64,000 nt of DNA, taken from Zancudomyces culisetae HAW-14-8. Lineage: Eukaryota; Fungi; Kickxellomycota. The stretch is taken from the NCBI GenBank assembly GCA_052426225.1, contig JBNJNM010000011.1, positions 3,906,001-3,970,000 of the forward strand, written 5' to 3'. Both the position numbers and the translations under genes were made by a program. Shown in pieces: positions 13,392 to 22,698 of this stretch (position 1 is the first letter of the stretch; every line of letters starts with the position of its first letter). The notes beneath the pieces are model-generated. The model was not told where the DNA came from. It did not search any database and saw nothing but the letters and a program-made list of their open reading frames with translations.

Positions 13392-14613
13392 TTCCGACTT
13401 GCAGGTCACATAGCAGAAAACGTATTCCAATATTATTACCTGTTTATCTACAGCAAAATGTATTAAATGGGACCAGGGATTTCTCGAGATAGAGATTTCT
13501 TTCTAATGCTCAGCAAGTTCAGCTTGCCTTGTGAATGCTAATGCTCAAAACGATTTGTTAATAATATTTCTTTTTTCCAAACCTTATCTTAAGAAAAAAA
13601 CTCTGCCTTTAAAGTTAGGTTGACCTTATTATAAACCATACTTTGCCAACGTGTGTTGAGAAATATATCATGCACCACATACCTTATGGTGGCGTTCTAA
13701 AATATAATTGTGTAGTATGCTGACATCCGCTCTCTCTCTTGTACGCCATTAATTGCAACACTTTTTTTTAGTGGATAAGGGGTAACTAACCAATCGTTTA
13801 GTAAAATTTATTCCAGGAGGTTATTTTTTTTACACTTTTTCAGGTCCATCGGATTTCAATTTATCCTGCCATTACCTAAGTGCGTAATCTCATAAGTATT
13901 GATTTACTCAACTTGGCAATCGGTTACATTTATTACATACTTTTCAGCAAAGTCTTCGCTGTTATTCGCCATCCATCCAGTAGATAAAGTGGTCATTAGT
14001 ATACTTCCAAATGATTTTCGAGTTTACTGCATTGTTTGGTCGTAAATGGTTTCCATTTATTTTTGCAGCCCAATAGCAACATTTCCAGCTATTATTGCGC
14101 TCGATTCTTTATTTAGTAAAATTGACACAATTTACAAGCTTTTCAGCTATAAACACTTTAAAAAAGCACACCAGTATATTGTGTTTGAAAAAGTATTTTT
14201 TTCTTGCCACATGTGTGCCAATACACCACCAACACTACCCTCTTCGATAGGCATTGTAGATACCGTCACAAGTCAGAGCCCAGGGTGGTACTTTTGTATA
14301 CTCAAAGAGATGAACCAAAACCTGCTCCGCTTTTTTTTTGAAAATGGCTATATCCAAATAGCCTTTTGAACTCCAGCTTGCCTTATTTCAGAAGCTGAAT
14401 TGGTATTTTTTTTATATTGCCTTTTTCTTTTTATGCGTCTTTACATGGCTGGCTATTAAGATTTTTGAAAAAAAGGAAATGTAGGGATTTTTTTATTATT
14501 GCAATTTCTAGCTTTTTCCCCCTCATGTTACAGATGCAAACAAGCATAGTCGTTTACAGAGTTGGTTAAAGAGTAAAACACACTATTGCAGGTTTTAAGC
14601 CAAACTCCGATGG

Positions 14614-14619
14614 TTGTGC

Positions 14620-14627
<8 letters not shown>
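14614..14627 (+). repeat. Target-site duplication, left copy (TTGTGCGGCTCTTT)
   Basis: Identical to 20638-20651. The last three Ts are ambiguous with the poly(A) tail. Confidence 0.9.
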
Positions 14628-14650
<23 letters not shown>

Positions 14651-14722
14651 CGGTAGAAAAAAAAATTTATTTAGAAAATAAACAGTTCCTATAAACAATT
14701 AAAAACAATCTATAATCTAAAC

Positions 14723-17700
14723 TCATCCTATCCCCCTTCGACTCTCTAGAGTCTCCGTACCCGATGGGCATTGGTTCAAGGGGAGTGGGACTACACTAAT
14801 GTCTTTCAACACTAGGTAGCGAGGTAAAAAGGTCTCGTTAAGAAACCGGGCTGTGGAAACCACTGCTCTAACGCAAGTGGCGTTTGGATCCCGAAGAATC
14901 CCAGGTAGTTTGAGCTTTAACTCCTCCCCCAGGAGTTTACCCACGATTTTCCTGCGAAGCTCAACACACTCGGAAATCGTGCTAGATAAAAAAGAACTAT
15001 AAAAATCTATAAATTCGGTAAGTAAATCATTCCTAATTTCGTCCCATCTGCTGCAATCTAATAGGTAATGTTCAACTGTTTCTTTTTCTTCTTTCTTACA
15101 GAACGGACATTTGGCTTTGTAATCTGGATCTATAAAACCCGAATTTGCTAATCTCGTGGCGGTCCAAAATTGGCCTATTCGAATTCGACCTACGAAAAGA
15201 ATGTGTTTCATGTACTGTGGAAAGGCCGCTTGTAAGTCGACCCAGTTCCTTTGTCGGCCTGCTCCAACTTCCTTTATCCACTTTGTAATATTCGACTTGT
15301 CTTTCAGTCTGTTGTTTATCTCGAGTGTCTCTTTGGTTTTTCTTATCTCTCCGGTTGGTACATTATCAATCTTGATCCTGTTGAATCTGTTAGACCACCT
15401 TGTGTACCCTGTGACCCAAGTGTCCTTCGAGTGTTTGAAGGGGTTCTGTATTAAATCTGCTATCCATGTTTTCATGCCACTCCATTTGTGGAATGCTCTG
15501 TCTCTAGCTCTGGTCGTTCTACTGTAAATATCTGTTATATTTAATTCTTCTCGCAATCTCCTCATACATGTCGATCTGCCCACTCCCATGGCTATTCTTA
15601 TCGCGTTGTCCACGGCTTGCTGTATCGGTTTTACCCTTGCTTCAGACATGCCGAACATTTCACCTCCATACCCAGCGACCGCAATGACTATCGACCTAAT
15701 TACCATCTTTTTCATCAACAGCGGTGTATTTCTGTCTTTGAGTAGATAGTAGTTGCTCATGGTTGCTCTTTGTACTTTTTCTTTCCTCTCCTGTATGTGT
15801 AGCTTGTTATTCCAATATTTATTGAATATAACACCCAAGTATTTATATTCATCTACTTCTGGTACTTTTGCACTTCCCAAAAAGTATTCTGGAATCGTAA
15901 TTTCAATATTATTGTTATTTTCGTCGCTTGTTCTATTCACTGCTTCAACTGTCATAATCGCACTCTTGCTAGCATTCACCTTCATGTCCCACTTCTGACA
16001 CCATTGCTGCATCATGTTAAGAGCTTCTTGCATCTGTTCTGGGGTGTCTGACAATAAAACTGTATCGTCTGCAAATAGTAGTCCCGGAATTTTTTCTTGA
16101 ATTCCTGGTACTTCTATTCCCTCCATTCCTTCAAATATATCGTTGATAAAAATATCAAAAAGCATTGGTGAGGCTGGGCATCCTTGGCGAACACCTCTTT
16201 CGAAGTTCATCGCCTCCGATAATCCATTTCCTACCCTTACTTTTATTTTTGCGTTATTATAGAGTTCTTTAATTACTGCCAGTAATTTACCATTAATTTT
16301 GTTCATTTTTAATTTTTTGAATAATAAATTGTGTTGCACTTTGTCGTAGGCTTTTTCAAAATCAATAAAACAAATTATGGTTTTTGTATTATTGATTTTT
16401 CGCCTTTTTATAATTTCGTATAGCGCTGTGGCTTGAGCTACGCATTCCTCCAGTGTCCTGAATCCCGCTTGCTCTTTTGCTAATAATATATGTCTATTAT
16501 CTATTAATCTTAATTTATTAGCGACTATTTTGGCTATAAGTTTGGTTATGGTTGGGATTAGCGAAATCCCCCTATAATTGTTTGGGTCTTTAGTGTTTCC
16601 TTTTTTGAAAATAGGAACGATTACGCTGGTATTGTTTTCACTGTTTAACTTTGGATTATTCCAGAATTTTTTAATTATGGTTAATAAAAGTACTGCAAGT
16701 TCCGATTCTGGATCTTCATCGCTCTGTATAAATTTCCAGATTTCGCTCGGAATGCCATCTTCACCCGCTGCTTTGTTTCTCGGAGTTTCTTTTAGCGCTT
16801 CTTTAACTTCTGTCCATGTTGGTTCTTCGTCGCATTCTCTGAAGTAGTCCACTTCCTCCTCTCTTTCTTCTGGGATTGTGTTTAATGCTGAGTTTTCATT
16901 CTTCGATAGCTTGTAGAAATGTTTTATCCATACTTTGAGTTTTTCTGCCTCCTCTGTTATCTCCCTTCCTGATTCATCCAGGACTCCTCCGTTATTAAAC
17001 ACAGATTTTTTATTTAGAGCTCTCATTTTTAACCATCTCCACATCGTCTTGGCATCATTGCCTTTGATGTGTTCACATAGTTTCACTAACTCCTTTTTAT
17101 TATGTAATTTTTGGTCACTTTTTATTAGCTTTGAAGTTTTAGATTTCATCTGGACGTAATCATTATAAAACAGCTCTTTCTCGTGTTCATCACAAGTTCT
17201 GAGCATTTTTTTGAACAATTTGCAACGAAGTTTGATCATCTTTCGCGTTTTTTTACTTAAAAAATGTTGATTTTTTTTGGCTTCGGAATTTTTTTCGGCC
17301 AATTTCTCATTATTTTTTGGGTTTGGATTATTTTTTCTTGTAATCTTATCCATCAATTTTTTAGTCTCATTAACGGTTTCACTGATTAGTTCGTCAGTTT
17401 CGTTAAGAGATGTCAAAATTGAAAATTTATTGTGAGTTCTGAACAGTTCTGATTTTTGGTCCAATAGTTTCCGGTTGACAATTTTTTTTTGCTGCTCTGG
17501 TTTAATTTCCTCAATGGTAAAGTTGGCTGTAATAGCCAGATGATCACTGAGGTCAATTTTTTTGTGTAGTTTTGTTGTCACGAATTGTCCTACTGTGGGG
17601 GTATAAAAGATGTGATCGATGGTGTTCTTCAGTCGCTTTTTTGTTATCCTAGTTCCGCTTCGTTTCCTTGTCGGGGCTCTCCTGACTATACACCTGAGTT

Positions 17701-18340
17701 TTTTCAACCATGGTGTGACGATGCTCGTCCTCATGTTGAAGTCTCCGCATAGTATTATTTTTATTTCTCTGTTTCTACCGTATTCTTTGTTTATAAAGTC
17801 TTCTACTTCCTTCTTCATCTGTGTCCTTTCTCTGGGCTTGTGTGGTGTGTGTACATTCACAACCATCACTTCCAGTCTTTTATGCTCCTTTTCTGTATAT
17901 CCATGTATTTTTGCGGCCATCCAGGTATTATTATTTTTATACTCCTCTATGTGCCAGCCAATATTTTTTTTTACCCCCACTAGAAGACCAGAACCCGTCT
18001 TTAGTGTCGGCCTTTTTGACTCTACACATGTGTAGCCATTTATGTTCATCCTCCCAGACTTCTCCTGCAGGTGGGTCTCCTGCAAGCATAGTATGGTTGG
18101 ATTTACTTTGGTTAAAAAATAATCTAATTCATATTTTTTATTTTTTATTGAGCATACGTTGTATGTCATTATTTTTAGGTTAATTTTTTCATTTTTTTTT
18201 TCAATTTTTTTTTGGTATAAATTTTTTGTTTTTTTGTTTTTTAAATTTTTCTCTCTTTCATTTTTATTTTCTTCAACTTTTAGTATACACTTTAATTTTT
18301 TTTCCAACTTCAATTTATTTAGGTCGGTAATGCGAATCAT
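14723..18340 (-). CDS. LINE ORF2: APE endonuclease, reverse transcriptase and C-terminal CCHC zinc finger
   Basis: APE motifs TYNV, LCLQET, CGDFN, IDHIF and SDH. RT motifs NYRGISL, FIDFEKAYD, GVRQGCPASP, LFADD and YKYLG. Zinc finger CPFC-x9-H-x4-C. No internal stops. The first ATG is at 18340; the ORF-track start at 18469 is TTG. Confidence 0.93.
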   Translation of the reverse strand: MIRITDLNKLKLEKKLKCILKVEENKNEREKNLKNKKTKNLYQKKIEKKNEKINLKIMTYNVCSIKNKKYELDYFLTKVNPTILCLQETHLQEKSGRMNINGYTCVESKRPTLKTGSGLLVGVKKNIGWHIEEYKNNNTWMAAKIHGYTEKEHKRLEVMVVNVHTPHKPRERTQMKKEVEDFINKEYGRNREIKIILCGDFNMRTSIVTPWLKKLRCIVRRAPTRKRSGTRITKKRLKNTIDHIFYTPTVGQFVTTKLHKKIDLSDHLAITANFTIEEIKPEQQKKIVNRKLLDQKSELFRTHNKFSILTSLNETDELISETVNETKKLMDKITRKNNPNPKNNEKLAEKNSEAKKNQHFLSKKTRKMIKLRCKLFKKMLRTCDEHEKELFYNDYVQMKSKTSKLIKSDQKLHNKKELVKLCEHIKGNDAKTMWRWLKMRALNKKSVFNNGGVLDESGREITEEAEKLKVWIKHFYKLSKNENSALNTIPEEREEEVDYFRECDEEPTWTEVKEALKETPRNKAAGEDGIPSEIWKFIQSDEDPESELAVLLLTIIKKFWNNPKLNSENNTSVIVPIFKKGNTKDPNNYRGISLIPTITKLIAKIVANKLRLIDNRHILLAKEQAGFRTLEECVAQATALYEIIKRRKINNTKTIICFIDFEKAYDKVQHNLLFKKLKMNKINGKLLAVIKELYNNAKIKVRVGNGLSEAMNFERGVRQGCPASPMLFDIFINDIFEGMEGIEVPGIQEKIPGLLFADDTVLLSDTPEQMQEALNMMQQWCQKWDMKVNASKSAIMTVEAVNRTSDENNNNIEITIPEYFLGSAKVPEVDEYKYLGVIFNKYWNNKLHIQERKEKVQRATMSNYYLLKDRNTPLLMKKMVIRSIVIAVAGYGGEMFGMSEARVKPIQQAVDNAIRIAMGVGRSTCMRRLREELNITDIYSRTTRARDRAFHKWSGMKTWIADLIQNPFKHSKDTWVTGYTRWSNRFNRIKIDNVPTGEIRKTKETLEINNRLKDKSNITKWIKEVGAGRQRNWVDLQAAFPQYMKHILFVGRIRIGQFWTATRLANSGFIDPDYKAKCPFCKKEEKETVEHYLLDCSRWDEIRNDLLTEFIDFYSSFLSSTISECVELRRKIVGKLLGEELKLKLPGILRDPNATCVRAVVSTARFLNETFLPRYLVLKDISVVPLPLNQCPSGTETLESRRGIG

Positions 18341-18584
18341 GGAGCCGTCGATTTTTTGGATTTCGAAGCGGTAAGATTTATTTTTCTGTTTGATTTTTTT
18401 AACGTGTAAATTTTTTTTTTCGATTTTTGTGATGAACGAAAAAAAATATTTTACAGTTTTCTGAGACAATTCTGGTATGTTGAGTACCAGTAGTTTATCA
18501 GTTATGATATTTGTTGTTATTTTTGTTTGTGTTGTTGTTGTTGTTATTGTTGTACTTATGTATTTCTGTTACTTGAATAGGATG

Positions 18585-20246
18585 TTAATCCATTACATTT
18601 ATCGGAGATGAAGGAGGGTCTTCCTCCATCTCCGCATCATGGATGCTGGGACCGATTTGATTGCTGTTGTCTTGATCCGGAGGTTTTCCGGTTCCGCTGT
18701 CTTCCGCCTCGCCGTGTGGTGCCTCTTGCTGGTTTTGCGTTTGATTCTGTTCCTGTGCTTGCTGTTGTTCTTGTACTTGCTCTTGTCCTTGTTGCTGCTC
18801 TTGTCCTTGTTGCTGCTCTTGTCCTTGTTGCTGCTCTTGTAGTTGTTGTTGTTCTTGCCCTTGTTCCTCTTGTTGTGGCTGTGCTTCCATTCGTGTCTCC
18901 CCTTCTGCTGTAAGTGATTCTCTTTCTATTCTTTCTTTTACTTCTTTTTCCTTCATCGCAAGCTTTTGTGCCAGCCTTATGACTGCATTGTCTTCCTTAT
19001 TTTTTTTTTGTTTATTGATCTTTTTGATCTGTTTTTGTTTACTGCTTTGTTTCAGTATTTTGAATTTTTGTTTTTTTGTTTTTTTTTTACTAATGTTGTT
19101 ATTAAAGATAACTTCGTTGATGATATTTTCCACCTCCATGTTTTCTGCTTTCTCCAGTTCTGCTTGTTTTCGTGCTTCCTCTTCATTTTGTACTCGTTCT
19201 TGTTTTTCCTCTTCCGAGTCGTAACCTTCGTCCATACGACTTTCGTAGTCGTCGTCAAAGCTTTCTTTATCGCTTGCCCTTTCCTTCTCATTTTCATTTT
19301 CATTATCAGCTTCGTTTTCCGCTTCCTTTTCGGCTTCTTTTTGCTGCTTTTCCCGTTCCTGGCGTTTTTCCTGTTCTTGTTGTCTTTTTTTTTCGTGTTG
19401 GTTTTCTAGTTCATTCTGCATTTCTAACTCCTTATTCATTTCCATTTCTTTTTGTCTCTCCTGTTCAATCTGGTTTTTACCTTCTGTTATCATTTGTTTT
19501 ATTTCTCTGTACCTGTCTGGTCTGTTTCTTTTTCTTTGTTTTGCCAGTTCAGGGCATTCACTCTTCCAGTGACCCTCAATCTTGCAGTATGTGCAAGAGG
19601 CTGGCGCCCCATCCCAGATCAGATTGATCTTTTCATCCTTTACCACTATTGTTGTAGGCAGTTTAGCTCCCTTGTGCATCCTTATTAGTACCTTTAGGCT
19701 GTTGACAACGAAGTGATCGTTGCCCGCCACCCTTAATGCCATAATGTCTGCAATCTCACCATAGTGCTTCATTACTTGGTATAGATTTGCGACGAATCCA
19801 TGGATCTCATCGTTCTTGAATGATGGTATGGTCACCACTTTCGTTACTTCTGTGTGTTGAAAGGTGTTCCACAGATCTAGCTCCTTTCCTGACACAGTTT
19901 TTTTGATCTTTCTAGCCGCTTCTGCGTCTTCCACTGTTTTGAACCAGACAAACAGAACTCCTCTTTCTCTGTCTTGGTCGAATGATACTTCAAAGTCTTT
20001 TAGGGTATCAGAGATCTCACCCATTGCTGCATCATAGTTTGCGTTGATGCTTCTGGTTCGGATGGCGAGTTTTCGCTCATCTCTGGTTCTGCAAACAATC
20101 ATATTCCCTACATCGGGTCTCTCATCGACCCAGTGGAGGATAGAGTATTGTTGGTAGAGCATCGCTCTACCTCCTCTTGCAGCTTGGTAGCTGCCCCTTT
20201 GCGCAGTTTGCGCATAGGACTTTTCTTTCGTCTGCGTTGATGCCAT
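18585..20246 (-). CDS. LINE ORF1 (gag-like nucleic-acid chaperone): RRM-like region, CCHC knuckle, charged coiled coil, Q-rich repeats
   Basis: 553-aa ORF upstream of ORF2 with the knuckle CTYCKIEGHWKSEC, an RNP-like GVLFVWF segment and (QQQGQE)n repeats. Confidence 0.85.
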   Translation of the reverse strand: MASTQTKEKSYAQTAQRGSYQAARGGRAMLYQQYSILHWVDERPDVGNMIVCRTRDERKLAIRTRSINANYDAAMGEISDTLKDFEVSFDQDRERGVLFVWFKTVEDAEAARKIKKTVSGKELDLWNTFQHTEVTKVVTIPSFKNDEIHGFVANLYQVMKHYGEIADIMALRVAGNDHFVVNSLKVLIRMHKGAKLPTTIVVKDEKINLIWDGAPASCTYCKIEGHWKSECPELAKQRKRNRPDRYREIKQMITEGKNQIEQERQKEMEMNKELEMQNELENQHEKKRQQEQEKRQEREKQQKEAEKEAENEADNENENEKERASDKESFDDDYESRMDEGYDSEEEKQERVQNEEEARKQAELEKAENMEVENIINEVIFNNNISKKKTKKQKFKILKQSSKQKQIKKINKQKKNKEDNAVIRLAQKLAMKEKEVKERIERESLTAEGETRMEAQPQQEEQGQEQQQLQEQQQGQEQQQGQEQQQGQEQVQEQQQAQEQNQTQNQQEAPHGEAEDSGTGKPPDQDNSNQIGPSIHDAEMEEDPPSSPINVMD

Positions 20247-20637
20247 ATCTTCGCAGACGTTTCTTAGGGTTTTTTTGGATTTAAGGTCAGTTAAATTTAG
20301 TAGATTTAGGTTTAGATTTATGTTCAGTTGGACTAAATGTGTCGAGATCAGTACTAATCTCGGTTTAGACGTGTTTTTTATGAGTTTTTTATGACCTTTT
20401 GGGTACTTTTTACTATGTTTTTTGGGTTTTTTATAACTTTTTTTGTTATCTTTTTGTTATCTTTTTATGTTTTTTCTTATGTTTTTTTATTGCTATATAT
20501 CTTTTTTTTTTCTTATGGTTTTTAATGTTTTTAGGCTTGTTTTAAAGGTAATAATTTATTTAAGATGTTGTGTGATTTTAGTCGCTGTCAATAGTCGATA
20601 TCGCTATATTTTTCAATTTTTTAAAAAATGAAGTACT

Positions 20638-20651
20638 TTGTGCGGCTCTTT
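20638..20651 (+). repeat. Target-site duplication, right copy (TTGTGCGGCTCTTT)
   Basis: Identical to 14614-14627 and abuts the 5' end of the element. Confidence 0.9.
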
Positions 20652-21069
20652 ATTTAGTGCTGAGCACATAGTAAGATGACATGATTTTGCTCTCACAAGG
20701 ATGCGAGTAAAAATGTTTTTGTAAAACTGGTGCTTGGTACACCTCACTTCTATTTAGTGAGCTTCGGATCTAGTGGTTCATTACCCAAAGTAGTCGCAAA
20801 GTGTCTGGTTTATTAAATATGTTGCGGTTATGCTTCTATCCTTCTGTCGGATAGGAACCCCAATCTCCTCAAAGAAATCTTCTTTTCACGGTATACAGTA
20901 ATATAATGACATATATTGTTTTTATGGAACAACATCAGATGCGAAGCAAAACACATCGTACGCAACAAGAACGCTTTAGTAGAAGTATAACAAATTTATT
21001 ATATATAAATTTAATCAACAGTTTAAAAAGAACAGATCTTGTGGAATGAAAACAGAAAAATCAAAAGAT

Positions 21070-21837
21070 TTATGCCTTGATGGCGTATTTACGGGCTGAA
21101 AAGTGGATGAGCTTCTTCTTTAATCTCAAGGTTTTCTTTGATTGTTCGCTCTTGGTCAATGCTCTGCGCATAGCACGGGTCTTCTTGAATCGCAGGTCAA
21201 GAGGAATTCTCTTTCCCTTAGCGGCTTCCAAGGCCTTCTTGCGGTCTTGCTGTGTGATGACTGTTAGTACACGAGCAATGTCTTTCTTCATTTCTCTCAA
21301 CTTCACACCGCTGGCTGATGCAGAGCCAGAGACTTGTTGAACTCTGAGGTTCATCAAGTCCTTTTTCAATGTCGAAACAGTCTGCAATAGTTCGGCTTTC
21401 GACTTTTCGCGGAGTTCTGCAACCTTAACTTTGGCCTACAATTTTATAATAAAACCATTCAGTATTCGCTCTAACAAGTAATAAAACTATTCTTTAAAGA
21501 TTCAAGACGAGAAGGACAATAAACTTGACGATAAATGAATATAGCGCAAACTGAGTTTTTGAAGGAGGCAACCTAGCATAAATATTTTGAAGACCATCCA
21601 TCTCATTCCTCAAAATACCCTCCAATATCATTATATCGAATCATGAAAATTGACCAAACCCATTTCGATAGCTGAACAAAGCGATCGAATCCTGATTTAT
21701 ATATCTTTGCGCAAGGTTGAATCCGTTCTTTAATGTATCTTTCTTTGCAAATAATATGTCCGGATATACAATAACAACCCCACTGCTACACATGCGCTTA
21801 AACCCCTCTACATTTCAATAGTTTCGACACTTACCAT
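21070..21837 (-). CDS. RPL35: 60S ribosomal protein uL29/L35; exon 1 is the ATG only (21837-21835), intron 21834-21436, exon 2 21435-21070
   Basis: M|AKVKVAELREKSKAELL...IARVLTVI...PLDLRFKKTRAMRRALT...RKYAIKA, with donor GTAAGT and acceptor TGTAG. Confidence 0.95.
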
Positions 21838-22167
21838 TTTTCTGATCTTTTACTAAACCGGTCGTGTAGTTATACAAGTTAAAAAAAGAGTCTAATGTAT
21901 ATTAAGTCGACTTTTTAGTTTTAGTACAATTTTTTTTCAGGGCAATAATAAATATCTATAGCAATGTTTGCAAATTTTTTTTTATTGGCTGATAAAAGTT
22001 TAGCAGCTAAAATCTAGTTGTGTGGCTATTTTTTTCTTTCACTTTTTTATTTTTTTTTTTGCTAATGTGAGCATTTTTGATCCTAAATCGTCTTTTTGTT
22101 ATTTACCTTTTTTTGGGAAAAAAAATTTTTCTTAAGCACAAAACAGTGAATTTATAGAAACGGGAAA

Positions 22168-22698
22168 ATGACAAATGCCACTAGAAGCTTTCCAAATATC
22201 CTAATAACAGGAACCCCTTGTACTGGGAAAACAACACTGTCTGAGCAACTGGCATCCGAAATAGAATATACACTTCTGAATGTAAATCAAATAGCGAAAG
22301 AACACAATTTTTACGATGGATTCGACGAAGAATTCGATAGCCACTTTATTTCCGAGGACAAACTTTTAGATTATATGGAGGATAAAGTAAGCGAAGGAAA
22401 ATGTATAGTTGATTATCACGGTTGCGATTTTTTCCCAGAACGGTGGTTTGATTTGGTGATAGTACTGAGTAGCAATACAGAAGTACTCTACGACAGATTG
22501 GTTGCTAGAGAGTATAGCGAACACAAGATTGCAGAAAATATGGAATGTGAAATAATGAAAGTTATATATACAGAGGCATTCGAAAGTTATAAACCTGAAA
22601 TTATACACGAGTTGGAAAGCAACAGTGTCCAGGACATGGAAAACAACATTGAGTTTATCAAAAACTGGATTTCAGAATTTATGCAAAAAGATTGTTGA
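22168..22698 (+). CDS. FAP7: Adenylate kinase 6 / Fap7 (18S rRNA maturation NTPase)
   Basis: PNILITGTPCTGKTT P-loop, DYHGCDFFPERWFDLV and ENMECEI in a 176-aa ORF. Confidence 0.92.
   Translation: MTNATRSFPNILITGTPCTGKTTLSEQLASEIEYTLLNVNQIAKEHNFYDGFDEEFDSHFISEDKLLDYMEDKVSEGKCIVDYHGCDFFPERWFDLVIVLSSNTEVLYDRLVAREYSEHKIAENMECEIMKVIYTEAFESYKPEIIHELESNSVQDMENNIEFIKNWISEFMQKDC

Larger units (their letters stand above)
14625..20637 (-). mobile_element. Full-length L1/Tx1-like non-LTR retrotransposon (about 6.0 kb): 5'UTR, ORF1, ORF2, short 3'UTR, poly(A)
   Basis: Two ORFs in tandem. The poly(A) tail appears as T26 at 14625-14650, with AATAAA (TTTATT on + at 14666-14671) just before it. The direct repeat TTGTGCGGCTCTTT flanks the element at 14614-14627 and 20638-20651. 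Confidence 0.93.

Noticed and set aside
21436-21834. Possible intronic snoRNA in the 399-nt RPL35 intron
   Set aside because: No box C (RUGAUGA) and box D pair found on the sense strand. An H/ACA RNA cannot be excluded by eye.
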